Shown in pieces: positions 1-14,166 of a stretch of DNA of 64,000 bases. Both the position numbers and the translations under genes were made by a program. The DNA is taken from positions 290,718,001 through 290,782,000 of the forward strand of contig OZ024743.1 of the NCBI GenBank assembly GCA_964016885.1, in the 5' to 3' direction. How positions within the stretch are numbered: the first letter of the stretch is position 1; each line of letters opens with the position of its first letter. The notes under the pieces are model-generated. The model was not told the DNA's origin. It ran no database searches and saw nothing but the letters and a program-made list of their open reading frames with translations. The DNA comes from Eledone cirrhosa (Eukaryota).

Positions 1-3000
1 AATAATAGACACAGCTCGGGAATTTACTGCGCTTATGGCATTTCTGCTGTTCAATACGCTCCGTAGTCTCCGAATGTATTCAGTTCTTAACAATTCCTTC
101 ATTTTTTTGTTCTTTATGCCATCATCCTCCAGAACGCCCAAATACTTGTATCCTTCCTCAGAGTCAATTTCGTTTATCATCTCACCTGTTGGTATCAGGA
201 TTCCGTTACTTCTGCTCAACCTACCCATCCTCATCACAATGACTCCACACTTACTAATACCAAACTGCATACATATATCACTGCTGAAAATACGGACAGT
301 GTCAACAAGCACATCCAACTCCTTCTCACTCTTCCCGAAGAGCTTAAGATCGTCCATGAAGAGGAGGTGATTGATGGTAAGCTCTCCCTTTCCCAACTTG
401 TATCCTGCTCTCACTTTTCGCAGCATAATGGTCAAGGGCATTAGGGCAAGGACAAACAACAGAGGGGACAGGCTATCTCCCTGGAGGATACCTCTCTTGA
501 TCTTCACGCTTCCCAATGATTCTCCAGTTGATGTCAACTCTGTCTCCCAGGACCCCATACTCCTGCCCAGCAACTGTCTGATGTTATCTGCCACCTTGAA
601 GATCTCCAGGCTTTTGGTGATCCAAGAGTGAGGCACCATGTCAAATGCCTTTCTGTAGTCTATCCATCCCATGGCAAGATCAGTGTGTCTCCTCCTGCAA
701 TTCCCCATTACCATCTCATCAATAAGTAACTGGTCCTTTGTACCACGTGACTTCTTTCGGCATCCTTTCTATTCGTCCGGTAACAAGTTGTTTGTGTGGA
801 GGTCATGGTAGATTTCCCCAGACACAATGCTCGTCAACAGTTTCCACATTACGGACAGACATGTTATAGGTCTATAGTTGGTAACATCATTACCCTTGAT
901 TCGGTCTTTCGTTATCAGAACTGTGGTACCTTTTGTCAACCACTCTGGCACCTCACCCGACACCAAGCAGTCATTGAACATGGCCGTCAGTTTCGGGTGG
1001 AGGGATGTTAAATTTTTAATCCAATACCCCTGCAAACCATCTGGGCCTGGTGATTTCCAGTTGGTTAGTTTTTTTGCCTGCCCCTTAAGAGTTTCAACTG
1101 TGATACTCAAATCAGTTTGCTGGTGTGCCTGCTCACCGATCTCCCTCTGTACTGTCTCAATCCACCCTGCCTGGTCATTATGTCTAACATCCTGCTCCCA
1201 TATTCCTCTCCAGAATGTTTTAGTTTGTTCTGCCTCAGGGATCAAGTCGTTGCCTCTTTCTTTCCCCTCAAGCTGTCCAAACAGCATCTTCTGGTTGTTG
1301 TCGAACATGCGGTTCTGTTTATACTGACTGACTCTGTTCTCGTATCGCCTGATTTTTGCACTCTTTGCTACAATGCGTTGCTTCAGTTCCTCTATGATAA
1401 TATTTAGCTTTTTCCTCCTAGTTTTGTACTTTATTTCCAGTCTATTTTTAGTGCCTTTTTTTTTTAGTGTCCCATTCTGTAGTGACTCAAGCTTTCCTAT
1501 GTCATTTCTCATTTCCTTGATTTGACCACTCAGTCGTTTCTTCCACCAAGGCTCTGCTCTTTCTTGTCTGTTGTTTCCTCTCGTTTTTATACCAAGTAGT
1601 TTTCCTCACCGTATTTGCTGTTGCTTTGAAGATATTGTTGCACTGGTGAAGGCTCCTCGCCTCAAGGTATGGGATTACTTTGTTTACCTTAGCTGTTGTT
1701 TCTTTTAACTTTTTCCTGTCTACAAATCTTAGGTTCATAGGTCTCCCATTATCATTGTTCAATTCATCTACCACTAAATTTAGGATGTCAACCGAATCTT
1801 GTCCTAGCCCGTCAGCATTCATCTCCTCAGTGGCCGTATCTCTGTTCCAGGTATTATTTATCTCAGTATTCAGATCATTGTCTGCTTCGGGTGGTTCATC
1901 TGTTCTCTCGACCTCTTCACCTTCATTTCCCACTGGCTCGTTTGTCTGGCATACTACACCCTCCATCTCCAAGCTATTCTCTCTGCTCAGTTCCTTCTGT
2001 TCCAGCTCGCTTATCCACCCATTAGTTCTTATTACCCGAGCCTGCCCGGCCAATGTTTGTTCATCTATTTTAAATAGACCAATCTCGCTCCAGATGTTAT
2101 ACATCCGTCTCCTATAGCCCCTCTCCTTGGGGTTACTTTTCAGGTAACATTGCATAACAGTTCTATTCAATTCTTTCGTCCAGTTGGTTCTGGCCCCTTT
2201 CCTTCTTCTTCCTCCAACACCAGCAGTATTTGGTTGAGAGTCAGGTTCCTGCTGCTTAGCCAGGGAGCACCTGTTGGGCGAGAGTCTGTCACATGACGTT
2301 CTAGTCTCCATTTCACCGTTATTCGAACTGTTTAGGTTCGATATTTAAACACTCTTATCGAGGATTGGCGAATGTATGGTTACATAGCCATCTGTGGATT
2401 CACCGTTTCCGGTGGTTGCGCCGTTCCATTTGGCACTTGTGTGGCATTATCACCACGCTGTAGACGAACACAAATAAACAAACAAACACACAGGCATAAA
2501 AAAGAACCAAAATGAATAGGCATAAGTTTCATTGTAATGTAGTGTTCGAATGTCTGACTTAGTTTTTCCCATCTCTTCTCTGTCCGTCCGCTTGTTTCAC
2601 TCTTCATTCTTATTTTCTTTACGTTTTTTTTTGTTTTTTGTTTTTGTTTTTCTCTGTTTGTTTTTCTCGTTTTTTGCTGTTGTTGCTGTGCTGTTTTGGT
2701 TTTGATGTTTGTTTTTTCTTTTTTCTTTTGAGTCTATCTATATATTTTGATGCCTTCCTCTTTTTTAGTAGGAATTCTATAATGTGGTGGCAGCAACTAG
2801 CAGAAGCAATGGGAGACAGTAGTGGCGGTAGCGATACTGAGACAGCGGTGGTGGTGATGTCGATACCGAGGCAGTGGTGGTGGTGATGTGATCGTATTAC
2901 TGTAGTGATGGTGTTGTAGCGGTGGTAGCAATGAAGGAGTGGTGGCGGCGGTGATGGTGGGATAGTGGTAGTAATGATGGCAGCAGTGATGGTGTTGTTG

Positions 3001-3568
3001 TAGCGGTGGTAGCAATGAAGGACTGATGTCCGTTCGGTGAATCTATGGGGTTAGTCGCGTATATGTGTGTTGACCTAAATTCCCTTAATGTTGGGATTAA
3101 ACAGTTTGTTAAGACTTGGGACAATAATAATAGTATTTATTATTATCCTTATTATGTTAAGATTGGTTGTGGTGGTGGTGAAATTGGCGTTATCTGGCTG
3201 TTGTGTTTAGTGTACACAGAGAGGTGATGGGGTAGGTGGTGTATCTAGTTTCTGGTGTTGGTGAGATTGGTGTTGTTTGGCTGTTCTATATAGTGTAGAC
3301 AGAGGAGGGCGGGGGGGGGGGTTCTTCTTCCATTTATAGCCATTTTCTTTTTTGAATATACAATGTACAATACAAAGTTGAATATTTGAATATTTGAGCC
3401 TTATAACAATATATTTTGGGTCCGAATTTTTTGGGGGCTCAAGCCGGATGCTTTACGTAGCATTTGTACTAAGAGTTGTTATTTCACAAATGATTTAAAT
3501 ATGTTAAACATTCAAAACTTACGGGAGCGATTTCCTGACCTTCTACCACCTCGTGCGTCTTCTTCCCT
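1..3568 (-). mobile_element. R4/Dong-clade non-LTR retrotransposon, copy A (5' UTR, N-terminus and RT; 3' end lies outside the window), frameshifted
   Basis: ORFs 1502..2311 (RTNWTKELNRTVMQCY...GYRRRMYNIW) and 769..1512 (WKSPGPDG, NYRPITCL). [11 protein letters not shown] is encoded on the minus strand at ~335-370. Colinear with 50030-52700. A (TTA)n tract at 3569-3613 flanks the inferred 5' end. Confidence 0.88.
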
Positions 3569-3578
3569 ATTATTATTG

Positions 3579-3614
<36 letters not shown>

Positions 3615-3624
3615 GTATCATTAT

Positions 3625-3765
3625 CCCGCGAAGATTAACTTTCCCTTTTATGCTTACGATGTCGATGGAATAAAATACCAGTAATGCACTGGAGTCGATT
3701 TAATCGACATTCGCCACTCCAAAAAATTACTGGCCGTGAGCCTATATCAAAAATCATCATTATTA
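3625..3765 (+). mobile_element. Degenerate SINE 3' half (Meta-like core)
   Basis: ttaactttcccttttatgcttacgatgtcgatggaataaaataccagtaatgcactgg resembles the SINE at 46805-47010. Confidence 0.55.
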
Positions 3766-4154
3766 TTCAACAGACACGTAGTCAAAAATATCGAAAGAGA
3801 ATTAAATTCTTCCAACTCCGTGTCTCCTTCTTCAATAAAGGCAATGGTAGGAAGGGACAAGTTTGAAAGAAAATGACATTATTAATATTTTTATATTAAA
3901 ATGAAAAGTCAGCAACAAGCACTTAAAGTAATATTCTGCCAAATCACTGTCGTATGGAATATTCTAATGAAATATTCATGAAGTAATTTATTCAAATTCT
4001 TAATCATCAATATTCATATATCTGTCCCTGGTAATTGGAATGGAGACTGTTATGAAGCAGATATAGAGATAAAGAATACGAAATGGAGGAGAATGAGACC
4101 GAGCTACTAACTTACTAACGTAGCGATCTAGGGAATAGGGGGAGGGATAGAAAA

Positions 4155-4221
<67 letters not shown>

Positions 4222-4249
4222 ACAGAGCAATCAATTATATGTTTAATAC

Positions 4250-6860
4250 ATTTTATTGCTGATAATCGTTTCTTCCAAACAGTTGTTTGGTTTCATCGGA
4301 GCATTGGCAAAGTTTAAACACAACACATAAATAAAACATTCCTATTGTACAGAACTTTCATACAGATACGTTGATGCTATTGCTGCTATCAATAGTGTCA
4401 TTTTTCAAAGTGAGTGAAGATGTTGTGGTCTGCAACAAAGGGTATATTAAAGATTATAAAAGAAGGTTACTCGCAAAGGAGGACATTAGTCGTACATATA
4501 GGCAGTAAGAATGCAAGGGTATTAAGCATATACATAATAATATGACAAATAATGCAGAGGTATTAAGCATATACAGCATAATATGGCAAAGATATCACGA
4601 AATATAGGGGTAAGAGGATGAACATATTAAGCAGTCAGGAATGCATGGGTAGGATATAAGGTGAAAGTTGAGAAGCATATTGTGTAATATACATAAACAA
4701 AGTTGATGCATGGGCTGAGAGAGGAGAAGATACATAATTAAATAAACAATCCAGGCAGAAGTACAGCTGCTGTGCAGTACAAAAAAGTGTTATGTAGTAT
4801 TAAGATATGTATATGTAGCGAGATAATTATATTTAAAACAGTTTCTATGTGAGTTTATGGTGGATGTGATGTGATAATTATTCTGGCAATGTTTAAATGC
4901 AGATGTGTTGTGAGTATTAATATTGAGGTTTCTTTTTCCATTTCATTGGTTATATTTAAGAAATATTTTAAAATAATATTTTAAATAGATACAATTATGG
5001 ATTGTATATTGCACTTATTATAAACGTGATTAAGGGTTAGACTTGTTCTGGAGTGATCTTTTTTATATAGTCAGATGTTAATCTTCCGAGCTGGTGTAGT
5101 GATGCCTAACAGTTTAAATTCAAAGAAGTAATTGGGGATTTTCACTACAGGGAGTTAATGGGAAAAGGGAGGAAATTGAAGATTTATTTATGTATTACAG
5201 AAAAATATATAATCTAGTGCTAGTTGTTTTTATATCCTATTAATTAAATTTCATGTGTTAATATACATTATATTATATTATAAGAGAATCCTTATATAAT
5301 GCTTTTTATTTTTTATATTTATTTCATATAATCTGTTTTTTATATAATATTTAAAGTCCCAATTGTCGACTACTCATTTATATATTAATTAAATGAATAG
5401 CATATTAGTAACGAAGATATTATAGTTATATTAAGTGGTGGTAAATGTATGTTTATTATTTATAGTTATTATTGAGTCTAGGATCGGAAATAAATGGGAG
5501 ATAAATGACGGAGTGAGTTGATACAAAAATGTGATGATGTGGGGAGAATTTATACTGATAAAACCCAGAAGTAAAGTGTTAACGGTGGCGAGGAATCTAT
5601 ATCTGACATTGTTATATATTCATGGCTAGGTTTGAAATTGTGGAAAGAATGTCGAACACATTTCTGACTTCTATTTAAAAGGTTTAGCTTAGAATAGACT
5701 ATAGTGCGAGACTCCAAAAGACAGAAGTTACAGAATATATTCGGTGGTTTATAAGAAGTGGCCCTATCTTTTAGTTCCCATTGTAGAGTATATGGTCTAT
5801 TTCTAGTTTTCAAAGAGAGTATGTAGGTAGATTATGATTTTTGAAAGTGTGAAGATGCGAGTTTATCTCGTCTTAAATCAGTTCAAGGTAGGACCAATAT
5901 ATATTTTCGAAATGTTACTTGTAGTGACGGTACAGGAGTAAATAATGTTTTTGATTAAGAAATTTTTTTCTCAAGGGGCAAGTTCTATTTGTTCTACAAT
6001 TACAGTTATTTTGGTTGTTTACTTGCTGGTTAATAGGGTGTGTAGATGCATGGTTGTTAGGAAGAGTATTAGAATAATTATGAGTATTATTCCTGTTGCT
6101 GTTAATATCATTAGTGTTATTGCGCTTGTTATTATTGTTACTAGAGGTCTCCAGTACTAAGTTGTTATGCAGGTTCTCCCTGTGTTGAGATTTAATCGCT
6201 TGGAAATATTTATTAATCTTCCTTTTATTAATACTAGCTATACGGTTCGCAATGTTAGGTGTGGTAGAGTAAGAGATTTTAATAGTATTTTTATTGATAA
6301 GATTATGGTATCCATGACCGACTAAGAAGTTATTTTCTTAAGTCGAGAAGAGACCCTTGGGCAAGTTGGTGGAAACATTTAAATTGAAAGAGGGATTGAA
6401 AATGTATTAGTTCTTCTATTTTTGTGATTATGTTTTGTAAGGTTAGTTGTAGTATTGTTTTTATTTATATTTTTTACTATTATTACTAGGATGATTGTTT
6501 TGGTGCGAGTTAACTTTGTTATTACCCTTTATACTAGAGTTAGAGTGGTCATTACTTTTATTACTTTTAATTTTATTCAGGGCCATATTGTGTGAAATAA
6601 TATTATTACTAGAAGATTTTTTAGGTAAAAATGTAATTTTATCTTTATGGTCTGAGCGAGCTAAAGCTTTATCATAGTATTGGGAATTTCCGTTAAATAT
6701 AGTTTTAGTATAAGATAGAGTGGTTATTCTATTAGATACACTACTACTATTATCAGTAATCTAGTTTTGTACTTATTTTTTATATCTTAATCATTTACAT
6801 TTTTAGTTCTTTATACTTTTATTACTGTTTATTATCTTCTATTATTGGATTATTGTTTTC
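4250..6860 (-). mobile_element. Degenerate Penelope-like element (RT C-terminus, GIY-YIG, long 3' UTR)
   Basis: Minus-strand translations YYDKALARS, FNPSFNLNVSTN, YHNLINKNTIKISYSTTPNIA, KNIIYSCTV..KIYIG..FKTR and CNFCLLE..LLNR. Homologous to the PLE at 16725-17640. HHR-like motif at 4257-4303. Confidence 0.75.
4257..4303 (-). ncRNA. Degenerate type I hammerhead ribozyme at a PLE 3' end
   Basis: Minus strand reads UGCU-CCGAUGA-aa-CCAAACA ac UGUUUGG-aa-GAAAC gauu AUC-AGCA, followed by AATAAA. Two core substitutions relative to consensus. Confidence 0.55.
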
Positions 6861-6894
6861 ATTCACTTGATTCTCCGATGTATCTATAAATACG

Positions 6895-7110
6895 AGCGTG
6901 TGGCTGATTGGCTAGAGAACTGGATTCGCAATCGTGAGGATGTCAGTTCGATTCCTGGACGAGGCGATGCGTTATATCCTTGACCAAGACACTTTATTTC
7001 ACGTTGCTCCTTCTACCTGGAGTTGCGACCGATAGACAGTATTAGCAATTGGAAAGACCAACGGAAACATCGTTTCCTCGGTCCGATTTGACGAAAGGCG
7101 ATCGACAAAA
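6895..7110 (+). mobile_element. tRNA-derived CORE-type SINE
   Basis: A box TGGCTGATTGG, B box AGTTCGATTCC, and CORE-like tccttgaccaagacactttatttcac. Confidence 0.7.
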
Positions 7111-7197
7111 ATATATACATATATATATACAATTATATATATATATGTGTGTGTGTTTGTGTGTGTGTGTGCGTGTGTGTGTGTGTGTGTGTTTGTA

Positions 7198-7230
<33 letters not shown>

Positions 7231-7977
7231 ATGTGTGTGTGTGCGAGTGTAATAGTATTTCCTAAATACCACCATATATATATTTAAAATATAAGAGAAA
7301 TAACAGAAGGTTTAATGTGTAAATAATAGAACACCAAAAGGTTTACGTGATAGAAATAACCGAGCATAGGTGTAATAGGTAAAATAAGTAAAATGCTAGA
7401 AATATAGAAACGAAACGATTGACTCATACAGCGAATATAGTAGACGATAAGACAACGAGAAACATAGGAAAATTGGTGTAAAAAACAAAATGAGGTAGTA
7501 TAGAGGAGAGATCTAAAGATTTGAATGCATGAAAATGAATATAGAAATAAATAAACAAAGAATGAAAAAGCTAGAAATATTGGAAAGAAAATGAAAAATA
7601 AGATAGACTGAAAGAAGGAAAGATTAAACTATGTAGTAAAAGAAGGGCGAAAGAAAGACGGAGGGGAAATGTGACTTAATGAAACAAAGACAAAAAAGAA
7701 ATGAGAAAAGAAAGGAGAAAAGAAATATAAAATTTAAACATTGTTTTACAAGTTCAAGGAAAGAGACTGGAATAATTTTAATATGAAATGTGAGAAAAAT
7801 GATGAAGATAATGTGTGAATGAAAGATAAAAAGAAAAAGAAACTTGAAAAAGAATAAAGAAAAAGAAAGGCATACAGGTGAGATGGATTTTATAAATAAA
7901 GGCATTGGAGAAGGAATGAAATAAAGAAATTAAGAAAGAGTGAAAGTGAAGAATGAGAGTAATAAAGGAAGAAAGTG

Positions 7978-8209
7978 TGCATTGAATAATGAATAATTAT
8001 TTCTACTTTAGGCACAAGGCCAGCAATTACTCAGTGCATTACTGGTACTTTATTTTATCGACCCCGTAAGGATGAAAGGCAAAGTCAACCTCGGCGGCAT
8101 TGACTTTGCCTTTCATCCTTACGGGTCGATAAAATAAAGTACCAATAATGCACTGGGTAATTGCTGGCCTTGTGCCTAAAGTAGAAACAATTATTCATTA
8201 TTCAATGCA
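7978..8209. repeat. Fold-back palindrome of two SINE 3' halves
   Basis: 7978-8088 is the near-exact reverse complement of 8100-8209, with an 11-nt loop. Confidence 0.9.
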
Positions 8210-8574
8210 TTGCTTTCAATGAAAGCAAATAAAAAAAAAGCATAAAATCTTGAAAATGAAAATAATCAAACCGTGAATTATGGAATTTAAAGAATAGAAA
8301 GTATAAGTTATAACCTAGAAGTGGGAGAGAGCGGGTGAGAGGGACGGAAATATAGAAAGAGTTTGAGAGATAGAGGGAAAAATCGGGAGGGGGACATAGG
8401 GGGCAGTCAGCTATGCAAGTGGACATCAGAGAACGGATTATGGAGAGAATGAAAATCGAAAGATAGGCAGCGGTGAGAATGGTAAATGCTGTGTGAAACA
8501 CAGAAAGAGGTAATACGTAAAATATAAAGAGAAGGGGAAATGTATATGAAACAGAAATAGAGAAAGAATGAGAA

Positions 8575-8577
<3 letters not shown>

Positions 8578-8650
<73 letters not shown>

Positions 8651-8652
8651 AT

Positions 8653-8738
<86 letters not shown>
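8578..8738. repeat. (GA)n microsatellite
   Basis: Direct reading. Confidence 0.95.
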
Positions 8739-8742
<4 letters not shown>

Positions 8743-10659
8743 TGAAAGAGAAATGCTGAGATGATGAGAGAATGAAACATATTGGGAAACAGAGAAATAA
8801 TGAAAGCGATTGGGTGGGAGTCGGAGAATAATGTGTTTAAGAGTTGAATAGACTGTCCTGTGTTTTCTGACAGTAATGTAATAAAATTGAATAAGCTGGC
8901 TAGCCCTGTATTTAATTCATCTTATGAATTACAATTACCAAACGCATACTGCCCATATCTGCTACTCTCATATCATATGCATAATATATATTCATCGCAT
9001 TAATATATATATATATATATACATTTATATGCGTGTGTACGTATCTAGATATGTGCATGAGGTTATCTCACAAATGGTTATGCAAATTATTGTGCCAACA
9101 CATTCAAACACATGCAAACATACACATGCATAGACACATTATATATTCCCGCTATTCATTTACCAAACCTTGCCTCGGGTAAGATTCTTCGTGTGCATGG
9201 CCCTTAACACCGCTGGTTCTATTGACCACATTAGCATTAGTATATATTTTATTGACTTCAGTATAATGAATAGCAAATTTGACCTAGGCTGAATAAGGAT
9301 TCCAAACCGCAGGGGATGACTCAAATTAATAAAATGAATTTAGCCGAGAAACATCAAAATATACGTCAGTTTAAACCTTAGAATATGAAGCTACACACAC
9401 TAGAAGGAAGAAGAGTTAGTATAATAAAAATAGGTGGAGTGGAAGACAGAAATAGATAGATAGAGATAGAACGAGAAACAACTTTTTCAACATTTGAAGA
9501 CTCGGGAGACTAAAGTACAAAAATCAGGTATACATTATCAATAATCTAGAGAACAAGAATGTTATGTTTACCGGCAATTGTTATAAGCCAACAATACAAG
9601 TAATATCGTTATGTTCGAGTAGTCCTGTCTTTAAGGTATCCGCTTATTTAATCGTCGACCCACGTTTTGAAAACATGCAAGGCGAGCATCAGTTAAAGTT
9701 TAAAATAATCACTTCTGTGAATTATCTCTCCGATATTCAGTGGATTACGTTAAAATAAACCAGCTTTCGTCTCACTGAATCTCATCACAAACGTTGAATA
9801 TCCAGTAACGTATATATCGACCAGAGTTTACACTGCGTAACAGGCGTTGATTTAATACGACGATGAGCAATAATGAGTTGAAAGAACTAAACGCACATGC
9901 ACACAAATGTACATTCATACATCACTAGCTTTTACTTCCCGTTCTCACACTAAAGCTAGGAAAACAATATCGTATATCTATCCTCTGAAGGCTGAGACTA
10001 CGAAACGGTGTAGTTTTCACTTCTTGCAAAAATTGACCTTACCCGATTTATATGATTCTCTTTAACATCTTTGAAGTTTTAATTATTTTTGGCTATTGTA
10101 ATTTTAAGCAGACATAATAAGATGATGAATTATTACATTTAGAATTTCTTTTAAGAAATGACAGCCAGCGAACTCATCGTTATTTTCACACTTCCAACAT
10201 TAAGTAGAGCAGATAATTGTAATTCCTGGCTTCCGGACCCATGTTTGAATTTGATCATATAGCAAGGTAACAAAATTGAAAAGCGACATTTGTCTCACCA
10301 CATTTTCTGCCAAACCTACAATTCAAAATTATACAAAACTTTATGATATAAGACCGATTAAAGGTCCCCTAGACGCGAAATTGACGTCCGTTATTAAATT
10401 TTGTGTGGCATTTTCGCAAACGTTCTATCGTTATTAGCAGATCTACTGACCTCGTATGATTTAATATTACTGAATTTAAACGAGCAAACATAAGCAGAAA
10501 TGTAGACTCCACACTCATATACATACAACAAAAATCCGCAGTAAACGAGAAAGAATACCACATTAAATCTATATTTATGACTTGCTAATTCACACATACG
10601 TTAACAAATATAAACATAAACGCAGACATGTTTGACACTTACCCATATTCATTCATACA

Positions 10660-10703
<44 letters not shown>

Positions 10704-11207
10704 CAGATATGACAACAACAAGTTAATGTTATTCAGATATGCCTGGTGTATCAAAATTTGATAAATGATGAAGATGCTTCTATAATTTCTTTTACTTTGG
10801 AAATACGATAAGGAATTTTATTCAATTTATTTTTAACACCGGCCTTTAGCTGCAATTCAAAATTGATATAAAATGTTTAGAAAATTCAATTTTATTTGAC
10901 TATAACAACTTTATCTTCTGTTCAGGTCTAAGATGAATATTAAAAGAGACATACACAATAAACGATTTTATGATAGCTATAGATGAAATCGACTGATGTA
11001 TCGCATAAAAGTATCATCAAAACAGTGGTAGCTCGGCGTTTTCTCTCCGATGTATGTCTATAGATCACAAGGGATAGCCAGCAAGGGTAAAGCCAATACA
11101 TTTACGTTTATAAAGAATGTGTCAGATTACTTTTAATGTGAACCTATTACTAGCTGTCCCCAGCAAGCATCCATATTCTGTTAAATAAAACTTAGAATAT
11201 ATTAATA

Positions 11208-11310
11208 TACAGCGTGTCCCAAACAATGAAGACACACTTCAACAGCATTCTAATAAATATTGCCTGTACAGGTAATCAAAGTGTGTATAGAATTTCGGGA
11301 CACCTGTATA
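11208..11310. mobile_element. Tc1/mariner-like MITE
   Basis: TIRs TACAGCGTGTCCCAAA / TTTCGGGACACCTGTA, bounded by TA dinucleotides. Confidence 0.6.
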
Positions 11311-12035
11311 AACGTTATAAAATATACTGTGTAGCGTCAGAAAGTTCTGGAATTTCAAAGTGAAGAGGATATGAAATGAACAAACAAGAAAGTGGTCATC
11401 TTCAGACAACCTTCCTGCACATACATATCCATGACTATCATAGACATCCGATGACATAACAGGTTTGTTTATATTAAGGAAGTTAGCTGCGCAACGATAG
11501 TTAAGAAACAGGCAGGACACCACAAGTCGTGTAACGAAGAAAAATACACTAGACACATCCCAGTGAAAAACAGCAGTCTCACAGTGTTAGATTACATGAG
11601 AGAATTAACAGGCTAGAAACAAGTCGGAAATGAACATTATGTCGATCAAGCCACTGAAATTTAAAACATGAAAAGTATATCGAATTAATCAAAGCAAATT
11701 AACGTTATACGCAGAGGCGATTGATATGAAGAAACAATACGTTAATCAAGTAAAATCTGTCCTTACGACCGACCAAGTAAACCTCACGCTAACTGTTCGG
11801 TGGAGTAGGAGAAAAGAGACGATACTATGAGAATAATAAGAGAAGAGTATTCTGGTGAAAAGTATGAAACAAAGATACGAACATTTTATACAGCATTTGT
11901 TTAGTGTAATTGTTATTGCTACCTCGATATTTGGTATTTATTGTGGGCTGAAGATGGATTTCTTCAGACCAAATATATATATATAATGCAACAGTGTTAT
12001 AATTCATGACAAATCACCTGTCATTTAAAATATCT

Positions 12036-12067
<32 letters not shown>

Positions 12068-14024
12068 GCAACTTTCAGATGTGACAACACTTCAAGGAAT
12101 TGTCAAATCTGTAGGACCGTGTAGTTGTTAAATTAATAAATACTAGAAAAATATACATCTAAACCTTAGAAATCCCTTGTCTGTTCATTAAACATAGTTA
12201 AATCCTTATATAAGTACATTTCAAAGATGACTCATGGGGGAAGTACTAGTGTTTAATAGTTCTTGCAAATCAACCAATCTAATATAGCGCTGTCTGTCCC
12301 CTGTCTGTTCATGCGTGACCAAGATGACTTTACCTTCATAGGTTTTGATAATACACGCCAGTACATTTATTAATATTAATATATGTGTTCTTTTTGTTTT
12401 ACTGTCCTGGGATTTGTTTTGATTTGAAGTCATAAGTACAGTAACGGGTAACGGGTCCCCTTATCAAACAGAGAATGTCTTTATTTTATAACCTAAGTCT
12501 TAATATAACAATTAATACATATTTGGCCAACGCGCTTTTCCTACACCTAACTCATGAAATGCACACAGCACACAAACTTCTATGTGCAAATAATTCTTCC
12601 AAACAATTAGCCTTTAATAACATTGTCCCCGATGTCAACCCTGTTGTTCTAATCTACAGGCCTCTAAATTTATATCAAAGTTATATAAACAGCATAAGAC
12701 AGGGATAATAAATATGTAAAACATTGAATTGCCGTCTAATCTAATATCAGAGATTTGTGTTGTAATATCCGTTTCATATTGATCTAAATATAAGTATTAT
12801 TCAATCTTCAGATGAGTCTTAATTTGTGAAGACACCCTTCATGCATACTGAAGTCGAAATCTGGTCGACAGTAATACATTTCTCAAAGACATAAACATTG
12901 TATGTGAAATATGATAAATTTTATTTAAAAGATATGCAGATATACACAAGGTTCAGCGAAACAAACTACACTTTCTATAGCGTGAATCAGGAATATATTC
13001 AAAATCATAAATCTTGGAGCCACAGTATACAATTTAAGTTAAGAATGATAGTGATTGTATATAATATGGTTTCGTTTAACAAGGGATAAGGCTTCCAAAT
13101 GTTTCCTAGGTTAGCAAACCTTCGTTACAAATCTAATTGCCGAAGGTTGTGAGCTTGTAATTAATCTGATATGGCTTCAATCCAGTATAGCGACTGTAAT
13201 CTTCTTAACAGGAACTTTAACATTCGTTTTAACTTATCTGTCGTTCATAATATAACTTTCTTTGGTTGGTTAAAAAATTTAACTTTATCTGTTGTATTTG
13301 CTGATTTACACTAACATTCTACCAAACAAAACTCTCTGGTTAAGTATTTCACAAGTCAGGTACGGCTAGGTTTTACAGAATAATGATATATATACACTAT
13401 TCTGGAGAATGTTAAACGTTAAAATAAGCACTCAGCAATGTGGCAAGTAGCTTTGCAGAATTATATACGACTGGGAAGTTTATCGTTTGGTTAATTTAAA
13501 TTTGAAAGATTTAGAAGTCTCTGGTTTGGATCGATAATTCACAAACAACAGACGTTAAGCAGAAGACTACTACACATACATAAAGACAGTTTAGTTCGTG
13601 AAAGTGATTCGAGAGAATGATTTATTTGCTATCTGATGAAATGACTTCTATTCAGTTGGAGTTCTTTGTGAGGCCAAGTCATTAAAGGTTACTCCTTCTC
13701 TCGTAATGAATACAGTAGAATGACCAAATTGAATTTCATTGAAGATTTTGAATTGATAAACTTTTATGTGTCTATTAATTAGTTAAAACTAAAATCGTTT
13801 CAAACCATCTGGTTATAATACGTTTTGAAGCTACATCTTGAATTTGACAGACTCCCCGGCCCCGACAAAATGCAAAAGAGTGATGGTGAGTACTATCTAA
13901 ACCTTAGATCCAAATTTACTTTCGAAATTAAATTGGAATAGATTTAGAGCAAGATATCTGAAACTACATCCATTCATACACATACACGTATATACAAATA
14001 AATGCATATTACTATTAATGTATG

Positions 14025-14166
<142 letters not shown>

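Noticed and set aside
35-2117. Plus-strand ORFs overlapping the Dong elements (also 45345, 50066, 50920, 51739)
   Set aside because: Antisense shadows of the retrotransposon ORF, with no independent motifs.
9980-11035. Partial HHR-like strings at ~9984, ~10340 and ~10994 (also ~43748)
   Set aside because: Core mismatches and no supporting stem I or II pairing; expected by chance in AT-rich DNA.
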